A DNA stretch of 64,000 nucleotides, taken from contig JBIICS010000001.1 in NCBI GenBank assembly GCA_044238735.1, positions 5,271 through 69,270 on the forward strand, written 5' to 3'. The stretch's first letter is position 1. Every line of letters starts with the position of its first letter. The position numbers and the translations under genes were made by a program. Origin of the DNA: Bacteroidia bacterium. Its GTDB lineage: Bacteria; Bacteroidota; Bacteroidia; UBA4408. Positions 16,954-25,716 of this stretch are shown piece by piece. The notes under the pieces were generated by a model. That model was not told the DNA's origin, did no database searches, and was given only the letters and a program-made list of their open reading frames with translations.

Positions 16954-19872
16954 ATGAAACGATTATATATTGCTACCCTGTTAATGACCTTGAGCATAGC
17001 TTCGTTGGCTCAGGTTGTGATTAATGAAGTAATGCATAAACCAGGTCCAAACAATAACACGAACCAAGGTATTAGACGAAAAGAATATGTGGAGATATAC
17101 AATAAAGGGTGTTCTCCCGTTGATATCAGTTGTTGGGTGGTAGGTTCTGCCGGAATGGGTATTCAAACAGTGACTAATCCTTCTTATATAGGGGCCTTTC
17201 AGTTTCCTACCGGAACCATTATTAATCCAGGACAACACTTGGTTGTGGGTGGCACCGAAACTCAAAATAACACTGCATACAATGCCGCCGACATTGATTT
17301 TCAGGTGAGTCAGTTTTTAAACACCAACACCTGTGATCCTAATACCAACTGGCTTTTGCCTAATGGTGATGGTTGGATTGCTTTATATGACGACACCGGA
17401 ACTCCCGTTGATGCTGTTTATTGGTCGTTCAGCTCAACGGCTCCAAATTTGGCAACAGATGACGATTATGCATCAAACCCATGTGTTCCTTCCGCTTGTA
17501 GTGGTATCACCTCTTTAAGATCAGCCAGACAAATTATTGCTAATTTTCCAACCCGAATTTCATTTACAGGTTCCGCAACTTCAAACGATTTAACCTTTAG
17601 CAGACTTCCTGATGGGGGAACCTGGACGCGCAACGTAGCCCCAAGTATTGCTGGCTCTAACCAGTGTAATAGTGGACAATGCTCGAGTGCGCCCTCTTTT
17701 CAGCTTAGTTCTACCTCTACTGCTCCATCTTGTGGCGCCAGTAATGGAAGCATAAATCTAACGGCAAGTCCAACCGGGGGTGGTATTACTTACACCTATA
17801 CCTGGACACCTAACGTTTCCAGCTCATCATCTGCTTCAAATATTGCTTCGGGTACATATCAAATTAAAATTACTTCTTCAACCGGGTGTGAAAAAGACAC
17901 TAGTATAACTTTAACCAGCGGAAATGCTCCTTCCGCTATTGTTGTAAATCCTACCAACCCTTCTTGTGGTCAATCTAACGGAAGCATTAACTTAGGCGAT
18001 GTTACAGGCGGCGTAGGGCCTTATAATTATAGCTTAAATGGAGGTGCCTATTCTACTTTGCTTTCTTACCCTAACCTGGCTTCGGGCACCTACACACTTT
18101 CGGTAAGAGACTCTAACGGATGTATTTATAACGCGCCGGATGTTACTTTAAGTAACGGTTCGGGGCCAAGTGCCATCGCCACTACAATCTCTAATCCAAG
18201 CTGTGGACAAGCTAACGGGGCTATCAATTTAGGAACAGTAACCGGTGGTGTAGCGCCTTACACTTATAGCATTAATGGAGGTGCCTATTCTACTTTGCTT
18301 TCTTACCCTAACCTGGCTTCGGGCACCTACACACTTTCGGTAAGAGACGCTAACGGATGTATTTTTAATGCCCCTGATATCAATCTAACAAGCACTGCAG
18401 GACCAACTGCCGTAAACGTTACAACAGTGGATCCACAATGTGGACAATCTAACGGATCATTCACCGTTAATTCGGTAACTGGAGGATCCGGGCCATATCA
18501 GTACAGTGTTAATGGGGCAACGTATGTTAGTGGAGTTAGCACTTTTAATAATCTGGCAGCAGGGAGTTATAGTCTCGATATAAAGGATAACAACGGATGT
18601 ATTTATAATGCACCCGCTGTTAATATCAATAACTCTAATGCTCCTACTGCGGTTGCCGTTAATTTAACTCAGCCTACTTGTGGCTTAAGTAATGGAGAGG
18701 TAAATCTTGGGAATGTTACCGGAGGTACAGCGCCCTATAGTTATAATTTTAATGGACAAGGCAACAGTGGTAATTTCCAATACTCTGGGTTATCGGGGGG
18801 CAACTACAGTTTATCGGTTACAGATGCAGCGGGTTGTATCTATAATGCGCCAGCCATTATCTTAAATAGTAGCAATGCGCCAAGTGATATTTTGTACACC
18901 ATAACAAACGCAAAATGTGGTTCAAATAATGGCGCCATAAATATAACAAGCACAACAGGCGGTAGCGCTCCTTTCAATTATAGTTTAAACGGCGGACCTT
19001 CAACCTCAACATTATCCTACAGTAATCTTTCGGCTGGTAATTACTCTTTACAAGTTACTGATAACGGAGGGTGCACCTATATTGAAACCAACATAGTTGT
19101 AACCGTAACCCCGGCAATTACAAATATTATAAGCATTGTAACGAACTCAACCTGTTCTCAACCCAATGGCGCTATTGATATTAGTAATGTTCTAGGCGGA
19201 ACTCAGCCTTTTACTTATAACTTTAACAATGGAAGCCAATTTACCGCTCAAACCTCTTATGCCGGCCTCTCTGCCGGAAGTTATACCATTACTGCACAAG
19301 ACGCAAACTTGTGTTTATACACAGTAAGTGTAAGTGTTCAAAACGACAACAGTATTAATGGACCTCAACAACTTTTTACAACACTTACCCAAATTGAATG
19401 TGGAGCTAGTAATGGGGCAATAAAGATAGATTCGGTTAAAGGTGGCGTTTCACCTTATCAATATAAGTTTGAAAACAGCGTATACTCTTCTCAACTAATC
19501 TATGAAAACTTGCCTTCCGGAATTTATAACATCAGTATTAAAGATTCTAACAGTTGTGTTTTAGACACCATTGTGGTTATTCCAGAGAGCTTTGATGCCA
19601 GCGGTATATTTATTCCAAATGCTTTTACCCCAAACAATGATGCCTTTAATGCCAGCTGGGGACTTGAGGCAAACTGTGCAAAATCAGTTGAAGGTTATAT
19701 CTATAATAGATGGGGCGAAAAAATTGCTGACATTACAGATAAGGGTTTCCGCTGGGATGGAAAATATAAAAATCGTGAAGCTCCAATGGATGTATATGCT
19801 TATACTATTGAAATTACTTATTTATCCGAAAGAAAAGAGAAAAGATCAGGAGTGATTAGTTTGATAAGATAA
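16954..19872 (+). CDS. Second T9SS cargo adhesin with a lamin-tail domain, SprB-type repeats (10 or more) and a type-B (CHU_C) C-terminal domain.
   Basis: Signal peptide '..SLAQ'. Lamin-tail motif 'VINEVMHKPG...EYVEIYNKGCSPVDISCWVV'. The repeats have the form 'CGQSNGSINLG.VTGG..PY.YS.NGG.Y.....NL.SG.Y.L.V.D.NGCI'. The C-terminus is 'IPNAFTPNNDAFN...YNRWGEKI...WDGKY'. Confidence 0.85.
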   Translation: MKRLYIATLLMTLSIASLAQVVINEVMHKPGPNNNTNQGIRRKEYVEIYNKGCSPVDISCWVVGSAGMGIQTVTNPSYIGAFQFPTGTIINPGQHLVVGGTETQNNTAYNAADIDFQVSQFLNTNTCDPNTNWLLPNGDGWIALYDDTGTPVDAVYWSFSSTAPNLATDDDYASNPCVPSACSGITSLRSARQIIANFPTRISFTGSATSNDLTFSRLPDGGTWTRNVAPSIAGSNQCNSGQCSSAPSFQLSSTSTAPSCGASNGSINLTASPTGGGITYTYTWTPNVSSSSSASNIASGTYQIKITSSTGCEKDTSITLTSGNAPSAIVVNPTNPSCGQSNGSINLGDVTGGVGPYNYSLNGGAYSTLLSYPNLASGTYTLSVRDSNGCIYNAPDVTLSNGSGPSAIATTISNPSCGQANGAINLGTVTGGVAPYTYSINGGAYSTLLSYPNLASGTYTLSVRDANGCIFNAPDINLTSTAGPTAVNVTTVDPQCGQSNGSFTVNSVTGGSGPYQYSVNGATYVSGVSTFNNLAAGSYSLDIKDNNGCIYNAPAVNINNSNAPTAVAVNLTQPTCGLSNGEVNLGNVTGGTAPYSYNFNGQGNSGNFQYSGLSGGNYSLSVTDAAGCIYNAPAIILNSSNAPSDILYTITNAKCGSNNGAINITSTTGGSAPFNYSLNGGPSTSTLSYSNLSAGNYSLQVTDNGGCTYIETNIVVTVTPAITNIISIVTNSTCSQPNGAIDISNVLGGTQPFTYNFNNGSQFTAQTSYAGLSAGSYTITAQDANLCLYTVSVSVQNDNSINGPQQLFTTLTQIECGASNGAIKIDSVKGGVSPYQYKFENSVYSSQLIYENLPSGIYNISIKDSNSCVLDTIVVIPESFDASGIFIPNAFTPNNDAFNASWGLEANCAKSVEGYIYNRWGEKIADITDKGFRWDGKYKNREAPMDVYAYTIEITYLSERKEKRSGVISLIR

Positions 19873-19883
19873 TAAATAGGGCT
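19869..19883 (+). repeat. 15-mer ATAATAAATAGGGCT, right border of the adhesin locus.
   Basis: An exact match to 8951-8965. It overlaps the stop codon of the second SprB-repeat gene. Confidence 0.5.
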
Positions 19884-20033
19884 AAATTATTTTCTTTAAT
19901 TTATTTATCAGCTTATTAGGTTATAAATTTGCATCATAAAAAATAATAAAACATGAAAACAGGTGCAATTGAACAATTAATCTTACACACAACAAAGTAT
20001 TATTAATTTCTTATGGTTTTTAGTTAATTAAAA

Positions 20034-20058
20034 GGTCGCCTTGGCGGCCTTTTTTTTT
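20034..20058 (+). terminator. Intrinsic terminator downstream of the second SprB-repeat gene.
   Basis: GGTCGC-cttg-GCGGCC, with one G.U pair in the stem, followed by T9. Confidence 0.65.
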
Positions 20059-20108
20059 GCGATTAGTAAGCCTTTAGAAGATAGAAATAATGTGCAGGAT
20101 GGCTATTT

Positions 20109-20597
20109 CTAAAGCATTTTTTGCATTAACGTTACGTCTAGAATCCTGCCGAACTTTTGACCACATTTTTTTAGAACCCCAACATAGTCAAAACCATTCA
20201 TTTTGTGCAGGTATATACTGCTCTCATTTCCTTCCGTTATTCTGGCAATTAGATTGGTTAGTTTTGTTTGTTTAGCTTCGCTGCATATTGTTTCTATTAA
20301 TCTTTTACCTATACCCTTTCCTCTGAAATCGGGTAGGATATACAATGAAATTTCAGCTGTTATATCATACGCCTTGCGTTCGCTCCATTTATTTAAAGCC
20401 GCATATCCTACCACCTCTTCGCTAATAACCGCAACAATAATCGGAAAGTTCTCGTCTCTGTTTTCGAACCACTCTTTGCGGTCTGACGATGACTTTATCT
20501 CGGTATCAAAAGTAGCTGTAGTGTTTAGTATAGCATCGTTATAAATTAATCGGATTATTTCTAAATCATTAAGGGTGGCCTTACGAATATTTAGCAT
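20109..20597 (-). CDS. GNAT-family N-acetyltransferase.
   Basis: 'MLNIRKATLNDLEIIRLIYNDAI' and the acetyl-CoA-binding motif '..RGKGIGKRLIE..'. The start is placed at the internal Met. Confidence 0.75.
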   Translation of the reverse strand: MLNIRKATLNDLEIIRLIYNDAILNTTATFDTEIKSSSDRKEWFENRDENFPIIVAVISEEVVGYAALNKWSERKAYDITAEISLYILPDFRGKGIGKRLIETICSEAKQTKLTNLIARITEGNESSIYLHKMNGFDYVGVLKKCGQKFGRILDVTLMQKML

Positions 20598-20912
20598 TTT
20601 GGAAAGGTTTGAGATAAAATTATGTTTTTCTTTTGGAATAAAGAACAAAGAAAAAAGAACATAACAATCGATTCTTTAAAAATCAACTGCACAAAGGTTA
20701 AATAGTGCTGTATTGAATAGTGCAGGGTTTGCAGGAGAAGGAATTAGCATCAATTTTAAAATTTTTTGGCTTTAACGCCAAAAAAACCTTGACTTCATAG
20801 ATAGAAGAATCCGTAAAAAAGGCAACACCCTCATAAATAGATGGGCTGTCTAAAACCCCTTACAGGGTTATATCCATACAAATTAAATAGTTTTTCGTAT
20901 TTTTATAACTTG

Positions 20913-21251
20913 ATGGAGAACACAAGGTTAAAAAAGATAAATCGCTTATTACAGAAGGAGTTAGGCACCTATTTTCAACAACAGTCTAAGCCTCTTTTTT
21001 CGGGAGCTATGATAACTGTTACAGATGTATCCGTTACCACCGACTTATCAGTTGCTAAAATTTATTTAAGTTTATTTCTAAGCAAGGATGCAGGCGTGCT
21101 TCATAAAGAAATTATTGAACTAACTCCTCAAATTAGAAAAAGTATTGGGAATAATATTCGTCACCAACTGAGGGTTGTTCCGGAATTAATATTTATAATC
21201 GACGATTCGCTTGATCGCGCTATGCGTATAGAAGAATTACTAAAGAAATAA
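20913..21251 (+). CDS. rbfA: Ribosome-binding factor A.
   Basis: 'RLKKINRLLQKELGTYF...VTDVSVTTDLSVAKIYLS...VPELIFIIDDSLDRAMRIEELL' matches the RbfA KH-like fold. The start is the internal Met 'MENTRLKK'. Confidence 0.85.
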   Translation: MENTRLKKINRLLQKELGTYFQQQSKPLFSGAMITVTDVSVTTDLSVAKIYLSLFLSKDAGVLHKEIIELTPQIRKSIGNNIRHQLRVVPELIFIIDDSLDRAMRIEELLKK

Positions 21252-21252
21252 C

Positions 21253-22059
21253 ATGTATTACGATCCTATTAAACGAAGTTTAGGAAATGTTTTTAATAAA
21301 AGCGTTTTTTTACGATCATTATTTTATAAACTACTTGACTTATTACTATTACGTGCGTGGCATATAAAGAAGGAAATTAAAGATTGGCAGAAAACTGCAC
21401 CGAAAAATGCTCAGGTGTTTGATGCCGGTTCTGGTTTTGGACAATACTCCTATTTTATGGCTAAGAACAATCCTAACTACACCATCTATTCGGTTGATGT
21501 TAAACAAGAGCAGATGGATGACTGTAATGATTTTTTTAAAAGAGCCGGAATACGTAATTGTATTTTTGAGGTGCAAGATCTTGTTACTTATACTAACACC
21601 AATAGTTATGATCTCATTCTTTCTGTAGATGTTATGGAACATATACTTGAAGATGTGCAGGTTTTTAAGAATTTTGTAGCTTCCTTAAAACCCGGAGGGA
21701 TGCTATTGATTTCTACACCCAGTGATCAGGGGGGGTCGGATGTGCATGGTGATGATGAATCCTCTTTTATTGAAGAACATGTTAGAGACGGCTATAATAT
21801 TAAAGAAATAGAAGAGAAATTGTTGTCGGCTGGATTTAAGAAAGTAGAAGCTCGATATTCATATGGTGCTCCAGGAAAAATATCATGGCGCCTATCCATG
21901 AAATATCCAATTTTAATGCTTGGCTTTTCTAAGCTGTTTTTTATTGTAATTCCTTTTTATTACCTTATTACATACCCTATATCATACATCCTTAATGCGT
22001 TAGACGTAAAAGGTAATCATTCAACCGGAACAGGGCTTATTGTTAAAGCCTGGAAATAA
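21253..22059 (+). CDS. Class I SAM-dependent methyltransferase with a C-terminal membrane anchor.
   Basis: SAM motif 'VFDAGSGFGQYS', an acidic 'VDV' motif and 'LKPGGMLLIST'. The last ~60 aa are hydrophobic. Confidence 0.7.
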   Translation: MYYDPIKRSLGNVFNKSVFLRSLFYKLLDLLLLRAWHIKKEIKDWQKTAPKNAQVFDAGSGFGQYSYFMAKNNPNYTIYSVDVKQEQMDDCNDFFKRAGIRNCIFEVQDLVTYTNTNSYDLILSVDVMEHILEDVQVFKNFVASLKPGGMLLISTPSDQGGSDVHGDDESSFIEEHVRDGYNIKEIEEKLLSAGFKKVEARYSYGAPGKISWRLSMKYPILMLGFSKLFFIVIPFYYLITYPISYILNALDVKGNHSTGTGLIVKAWK

Positions 22060-22065
22060 CATACT

Positions 22066-23274
22066 TTGAATTTAGCCTTATACATAGCTTCCCGTTACAT
22101 TAAGGCAAAGAAATCGCATAATGCGGTTAATGTTATCTCCATTATCTCCGTTTTAGGCGTTAGTGTCGGTACTTTTGCTTTAATTGTAGTGCTCTCGGTA
22201 TTTAATGGATTTGAGCATTTGGTTGTTTCGTTATACAATACCTTTGATCCGGAGGTTAAAATTACACCGCTAAGCGGTAAATTTATAGATCTTAACGACC
22301 CACAGATTATCAAACTTAAAGAACGTAAGGACATTGCTCTATTTGTTCCTACGCTTGAAGAAAATGCATTATTAAAATATAAAGACAAACAAATAATTGC
22401 AACCCTTAAAGGTGTGCCTAAAGATTTCAGGAAATTAACCAAAATTGATTCGGCTGTTTTTAGTGGAGTATACCACGGAACAGAAAACAATAAAACTGCG
22501 GTAACTGTTGGAAATGGATTAGCTTATATGTTATCTCTACAACTTGATGATCCGGCAAACCCGTTAACGCTATACTTACCAAAACGAGAAGAGGGATATA
22601 ATATAAATCCGGAGGACGCTTTTGTTACCACTATTCTTCAGCCCTCGGGTGTGTTTAGTATACAGCAAGAATTTGATATAAAATATGTATTAGCCGATAT
22701 TACGCTCTTACAGGATTTAATGAGTTTAACCAACAAGGCCAGTGCAATAGAATTAAAACTAAACACAAGTAGCAGAAGCTTTATAGAAGAAGTTAAGCCC
22801 CTGTTAGATCGTTTTGAGGTTCGAGATCGATTCCAACAACACGAGTTATTATACAAGATAATGCGTTCAGAAAAATGGGCAGTGTTCTTAATTCTGGCAT
22901 TTATTCTAATAATCGCTACCTTTAATGTAATTGGGTCATTAACCATGTTAATAGTTGAGAAGAGGAAAGACATCGATATCCTGCAATCATTGGGAGCAAG
23001 CAACTCTTTAATTAAACGTATCTTCTTATTTGAAGGACTGCTCATTACCCTTGCTGGTGCCTTAAGTGGATTAATTTTAGGATTTATTATTTGCTATTTA
23101 CAATATACCTTTGGAATAATAAAACTAGGAGGGGCAGGAACATTTGTTATTGACTCCTATCCGGTTAGAATTCTTTGGAGTGATTTTTTATATGTATTCT
23201 TAGTAGTTTGTTTTATTGGATTTATAGCTGCCTGGATTCCGGCCCGTCAAATATTAAAACCAGAATATGATTAA
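22066..23274 (+). CDS. FtsX-like ABC transporter permease (LolC/LolE-like).
   Basis: The N-terminus 'ALYIASRYIKAKKSHNAVNVISIISVLGVSVGTFALIVVLSVFNGF' and a C-terminal four-TM FtsX domain. It lies downstream of rbfA, as is common in Bacteroidetes. Confidence 0.8.
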   Translation: MNLALYIASRYIKAKKSHNAVNVISIISVLGVSVGTFALIVVLSVFNGFEHLVVSLYNTFDPEVKITPLSGKFIDLNDPQIIKLKERKDIALFVPTLEENALLKYKDKQIIATLKGVPKDFRKLTKIDSAVFSGVYHGTENNKTAVTVGNGLAYMLSLQLDDPANPLTLYLPKREEGYNINPEDAFVTTILQPSGVFSIQQEFDIKYVLADITLLQDLMSLTNKASAIELKLNTSSRSFIEEVKPLLDRFEVRDRFQQHELLYKIMRSEKWAVFLILAFILIIATFNVIGSLTMLIVEKRKDIDILQSLGASNSLIKRIFLFEGLLITLAGALSGLILGFIICYLQYTFGIIKLGGAGTFVIDSYPVRILWSDFLYVFLVVCFIGFIAAWIPARQILKPEYD

Positions 23275-23986
23275 ATTAAGTGTTAATATTAACAAAATAG
23301 CAACCATCCGTAACTCAAGAGGAGGAAACACTCCCTCGGTTAGAGAAGCGGCCATTAATTGTCAGCGTTTCGGTGCAGATGGGATTACCGTTCATCCCCG
23401 CCCAGATGAGCGACATATAAGATATCAGGATGTAAGCGAGATATTACCGACCATTAAAACTGAATTCAACATAGAGGGAAATCCACGGGTTCAGAAATTT
23501 ATCGACTTAGTTTTAGAGACAAAGCCTCACCAGGTTACTTTAGTTCCCGATGCTGATGGACAATTAACCTCTGACCATGGTTGGGACACCATTATACATA
23601 AATCCTACTTAACGGATATAATCGCCATGTTTAAATCTAACAACATCAGAACCTCTGTTTTTGTAGATCCTAACCCGAGTATGATTGAAGGAGCCCGTTT
23701 AGCGGGTGCTGACCGAATAGAACTATATACTGAGCGTTACGCCCAACAATACACTAATAATAAGGAGGAAGCGATAAGACCATTTATTGAGGCTGCAGAT
23801 CATGCAACCAAATGTGGTTTAGGAATTAATGCCGGTCACGATTTAAACTTAGAGAATCTTAATTATTTTGCTTTGCATATTAATAGCCTCTTAGAGGTTT
23901 CTATCGGACATGCCTTGATATCGGATGCGCTTTACTTTGGATTAGAGAATACTATACAACTTTATAAACGCCAACTCCATGTCTAA
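23267..23986 (+). CDS. pdxJ: Pyridoxine 5'-phosphate synthase.
   Basis: 'LSVNINKIATIRNSRGGNTPSV...ITVHPRPDERHI' is a canonical PdxJ motif. It overlaps its neighbours by 8 bp. Confidence 0.9.
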   Translation: MIKLSVNINKIATIRNSRGGNTPSVREAAINCQRFGADGITVHPRPDERHIRYQDVSEILPTIKTEFNIEGNPRVQKFIDLVLETKPHQVTLVPDADGQLTSDHGWDTIIHKSYLTDIIAMFKSNNIRTSVFVDPNPSMIEGARLAGADRIELYTERYAQQYTNNKEEAIRPFIEAADHATKCGLGINAGHDLNLENLNYFALHINSLLEVSIGHALISDALYFGLENTIQLYKRQLHV

Positions 23987-24932
23987 ACCTATTATAATTA
24001 ACAATATAATAATTCATGAAGGCATGCACCTCATGGTTAACATGAGTTCTTATCGTTTACCTACCCGAACAATTATTGATATTCCTGCATACGTATATAG
24101 AGCAAAAGAAGAAGGGCCTGTTGTATTATTTCTTGCCGGGATGCATGGTGATGAAACAAATGGAATTGAGATTGTAAGAAGACTAATAACAGAAAAACAT
24201 TTTTTAAACCTCAAGAGAGGCTCAGTAATTGCAATACCGGTTATAAACATTGTTTCATTCTTAAATCATATGCGTGAGTTGCCTGACGGAAAAGATCTAA
24301 ACCGTTGTTTTCCCGGATCAAAAAACGGATCTTTTGGAGCTCAGATTGCGGCAGATTTAATGAGAGAAATAATTCCTCAAATTGATTTTGGAGTTGACTT
24401 CCATACGGGAGGAAAACAGATAAATAACTATCCACAGATAAGATGTGCGTTTGAGGATCCTAAAAGTGTTGAACTTGCTCTACAGTTCGGTGCTCCTTTT
24501 GTTATAAATTCCCCCTATAGAGACAAGACACTTCGAAAAGAAGCTAGTAAGCATAATAAATCTATTTTAGTTTATGAGGCCGGAGAATCATATCGCTTTA
24601 ACAGATTGGCTGTAGAGGAAGGTATTTATGGTTGTTTAAGGTTTTTGTATAATTTACAAATGATGGATATGAACTTAGTAGAGCAAAACTCCATCATACT
24701 GCATAGGTCTACCTGGGTTAGAGCAAAGGCTCCCGGTCTATTTTGGTCGCAACATAGATATGGCGTAAAAGTAGAGAAAGGGGAATTAATAGCTACTATT
24801 AATGACCCTTATGGTGAGCATCAAACCCATTTAATATCCCCCGAAGACGGCTATATTATTGGATTAAATAATCAACCAGTAGTAAATAGTGGAGATGCTT
24901 TATTTCATATAGGATCTGAAAGAAAAAAATAA
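23979..24932 (+). CDS. Succinylglutamate desuccinylase / aspartoacylase (AstE/AspA) family zinc hydrolase.
   Basis: 'VLFLAGMHGDETNGIEIVRRL' zinc-binding HxxE motif, plus a later 'DFHTGG' motif. Confidence 0.75.
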   Translation: MSKPIIINNIIIHEGMHLMVNMSSYRLPTRTIIDIPAYVYRAKEEGPVVLFLAGMHGDETNGIEIVRRLITEKHFLNLKRGSVIAIPVINIVSFLNHMRELPDGKDLNRCFPGSKNGSFGAQIAADLMREIIPQIDFGVDFHTGGKQINNYPQIRCAFEDPKSVELALQFGAPFVINSPYRDKTLRKEASKHNKSILVYEAGESYRFNRLAVEEGIYGCLRFLYNLQMMDMNLVEQNSIILHRSTWVRAKAPGLFWSQHRYGVKVEKGELIATINDPYGEHQTHLISPEDGYIIGLNNQPVVNSGDALFHIGSERKK

Positions 24933-24954
24933 AGTTCTGCTTATGACAATAATC

Positions 24955-24973
24955 AATACTTAAGCTAAGTATT
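24955..24973. promoter_or_regulatory. AT-rich inverted repeat AATACTTA-agc-TAAGTATT followed by a T7 run; either a weak terminator for the upstream operon or an operator for hsp20.
   Basis: A perfect 8-bp inverted repeat lies 60 bp upstream of the hsp20 start codon. Confidence 0.3.
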
Positions 24974-25034
24974 ATCATTTTTTTGGTTTAAAGTTCTGGC
25001 AATATTTGCAGTGTTAACTTAAAAACTAAATAAC

Positions 25035-25466
25035 ATGTCAACACTAACCAAAAAAACAGATCGTTTATTTCCGGATTTCTTCCGTGATTTTTTTGAGACA
25101 GATTTTTTACCAACTAACCTATGGGAGAAATCCTTTGCAAAACTAACGCCTTCAGCAAACATTAAGGAGAACGAAACTTCGTTTAACCTGGAGCTAGCTG
25201 CGCCGGGATTAAAAAAAGATGACTTTAAAATTGAAATAAATAATGGAGTTTTAACTATTTCGGCAGAGAAAAAAGAAGAAAAGAAAGAGGAAAATGAAAA
25301 ATTTAATAGAAGAGAATTCTTTTATAATTCATTTACAAGATCGTTTACATTGCCGGGTAATATTATTGAGAATCAAATTAAAGCTGCGTATGAGGAAGGT
25401 TTATTAAAACTTACGCTTCCAAAAACGTCAACAGAAAATAATGCAAAGAAAATAATATTACAATAA
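25035..25466 (+). CDS. Hsp20/alpha-crystallin family small heat shock protein.
   Basis: Alpha-crystallin domain 'FKIEINNGVLTISAEKK...FTRSFTLPGNI...GLLKLTLPK'. Confidence 0.85.
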   Translation: MSTLTKKTDRLFPDFFRDFFETDFLPTNLWEKSFAKLTPSANIKENETSFNLELAAPGLKKDDFKIEINNGVLTISAEKKEEKKEENEKFNRREFFYNSFTRSFTLPGNIIENQIKAAYEEGLLKLTLPKTSTENNAKKIILQ

Positions 25467-25614
25467 CTAACTATACCGGGCTTTTATACTAAATGAATAA
25501 TTATAGTACTTTGCCTAAGTATATTTAGCAACTTTATAAAGTATAATAGCTGTTTTAAGGAATTGCAGCACTTTCTTTTTAGCAAAACCAGCAATTAGCA
25601 TTTGAGAAGAAACC

Positions 25615-25645
25615 CGTCGGTAATGAGTTTATCGGCGGTTTTTTA
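25615..25645 (+). terminator. Intrinsic terminator whose stem includes G.U wobble pairs.
   Basis: CGTCGGTAA-tgagt-TTATCGGCG forms a 9-bp stem with two G.U pairs, followed by TTTTTT. Confidence 0.5.
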
Positions 25646-25716
25646 TTGATTTATGACCAATGTCATTTTTATTCTCTAGTTAAAATAACAATTTTGTTAA
25701 AATAAAAAAACATTCT

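Noticed and set aside
8951-19883. Interpreting the 15-bp direct repeat pair as proof of an integrated mobile island.
   Set aside because: An identical 15-mer pair is expected by chance several times in 64 kb of this AT-rich composition. No integrase, transposase or tRNA target is present at either border. It is retained as a finding only because of the exact three-fold 11-mer and its border and centre placement.
20650-20912. The TTTGGC-tttaac-GCCAAA hairpin and the CCCTTACAGGG hairpin upstream of rbfA, considered as terminators.
   Set aside because: The stems are short, and on neither strand are they followed by a proper U-tract. The first lies upstream of, not downstream of, the divergent GNAT gene. 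They are more likely incidental promoter-region structure.
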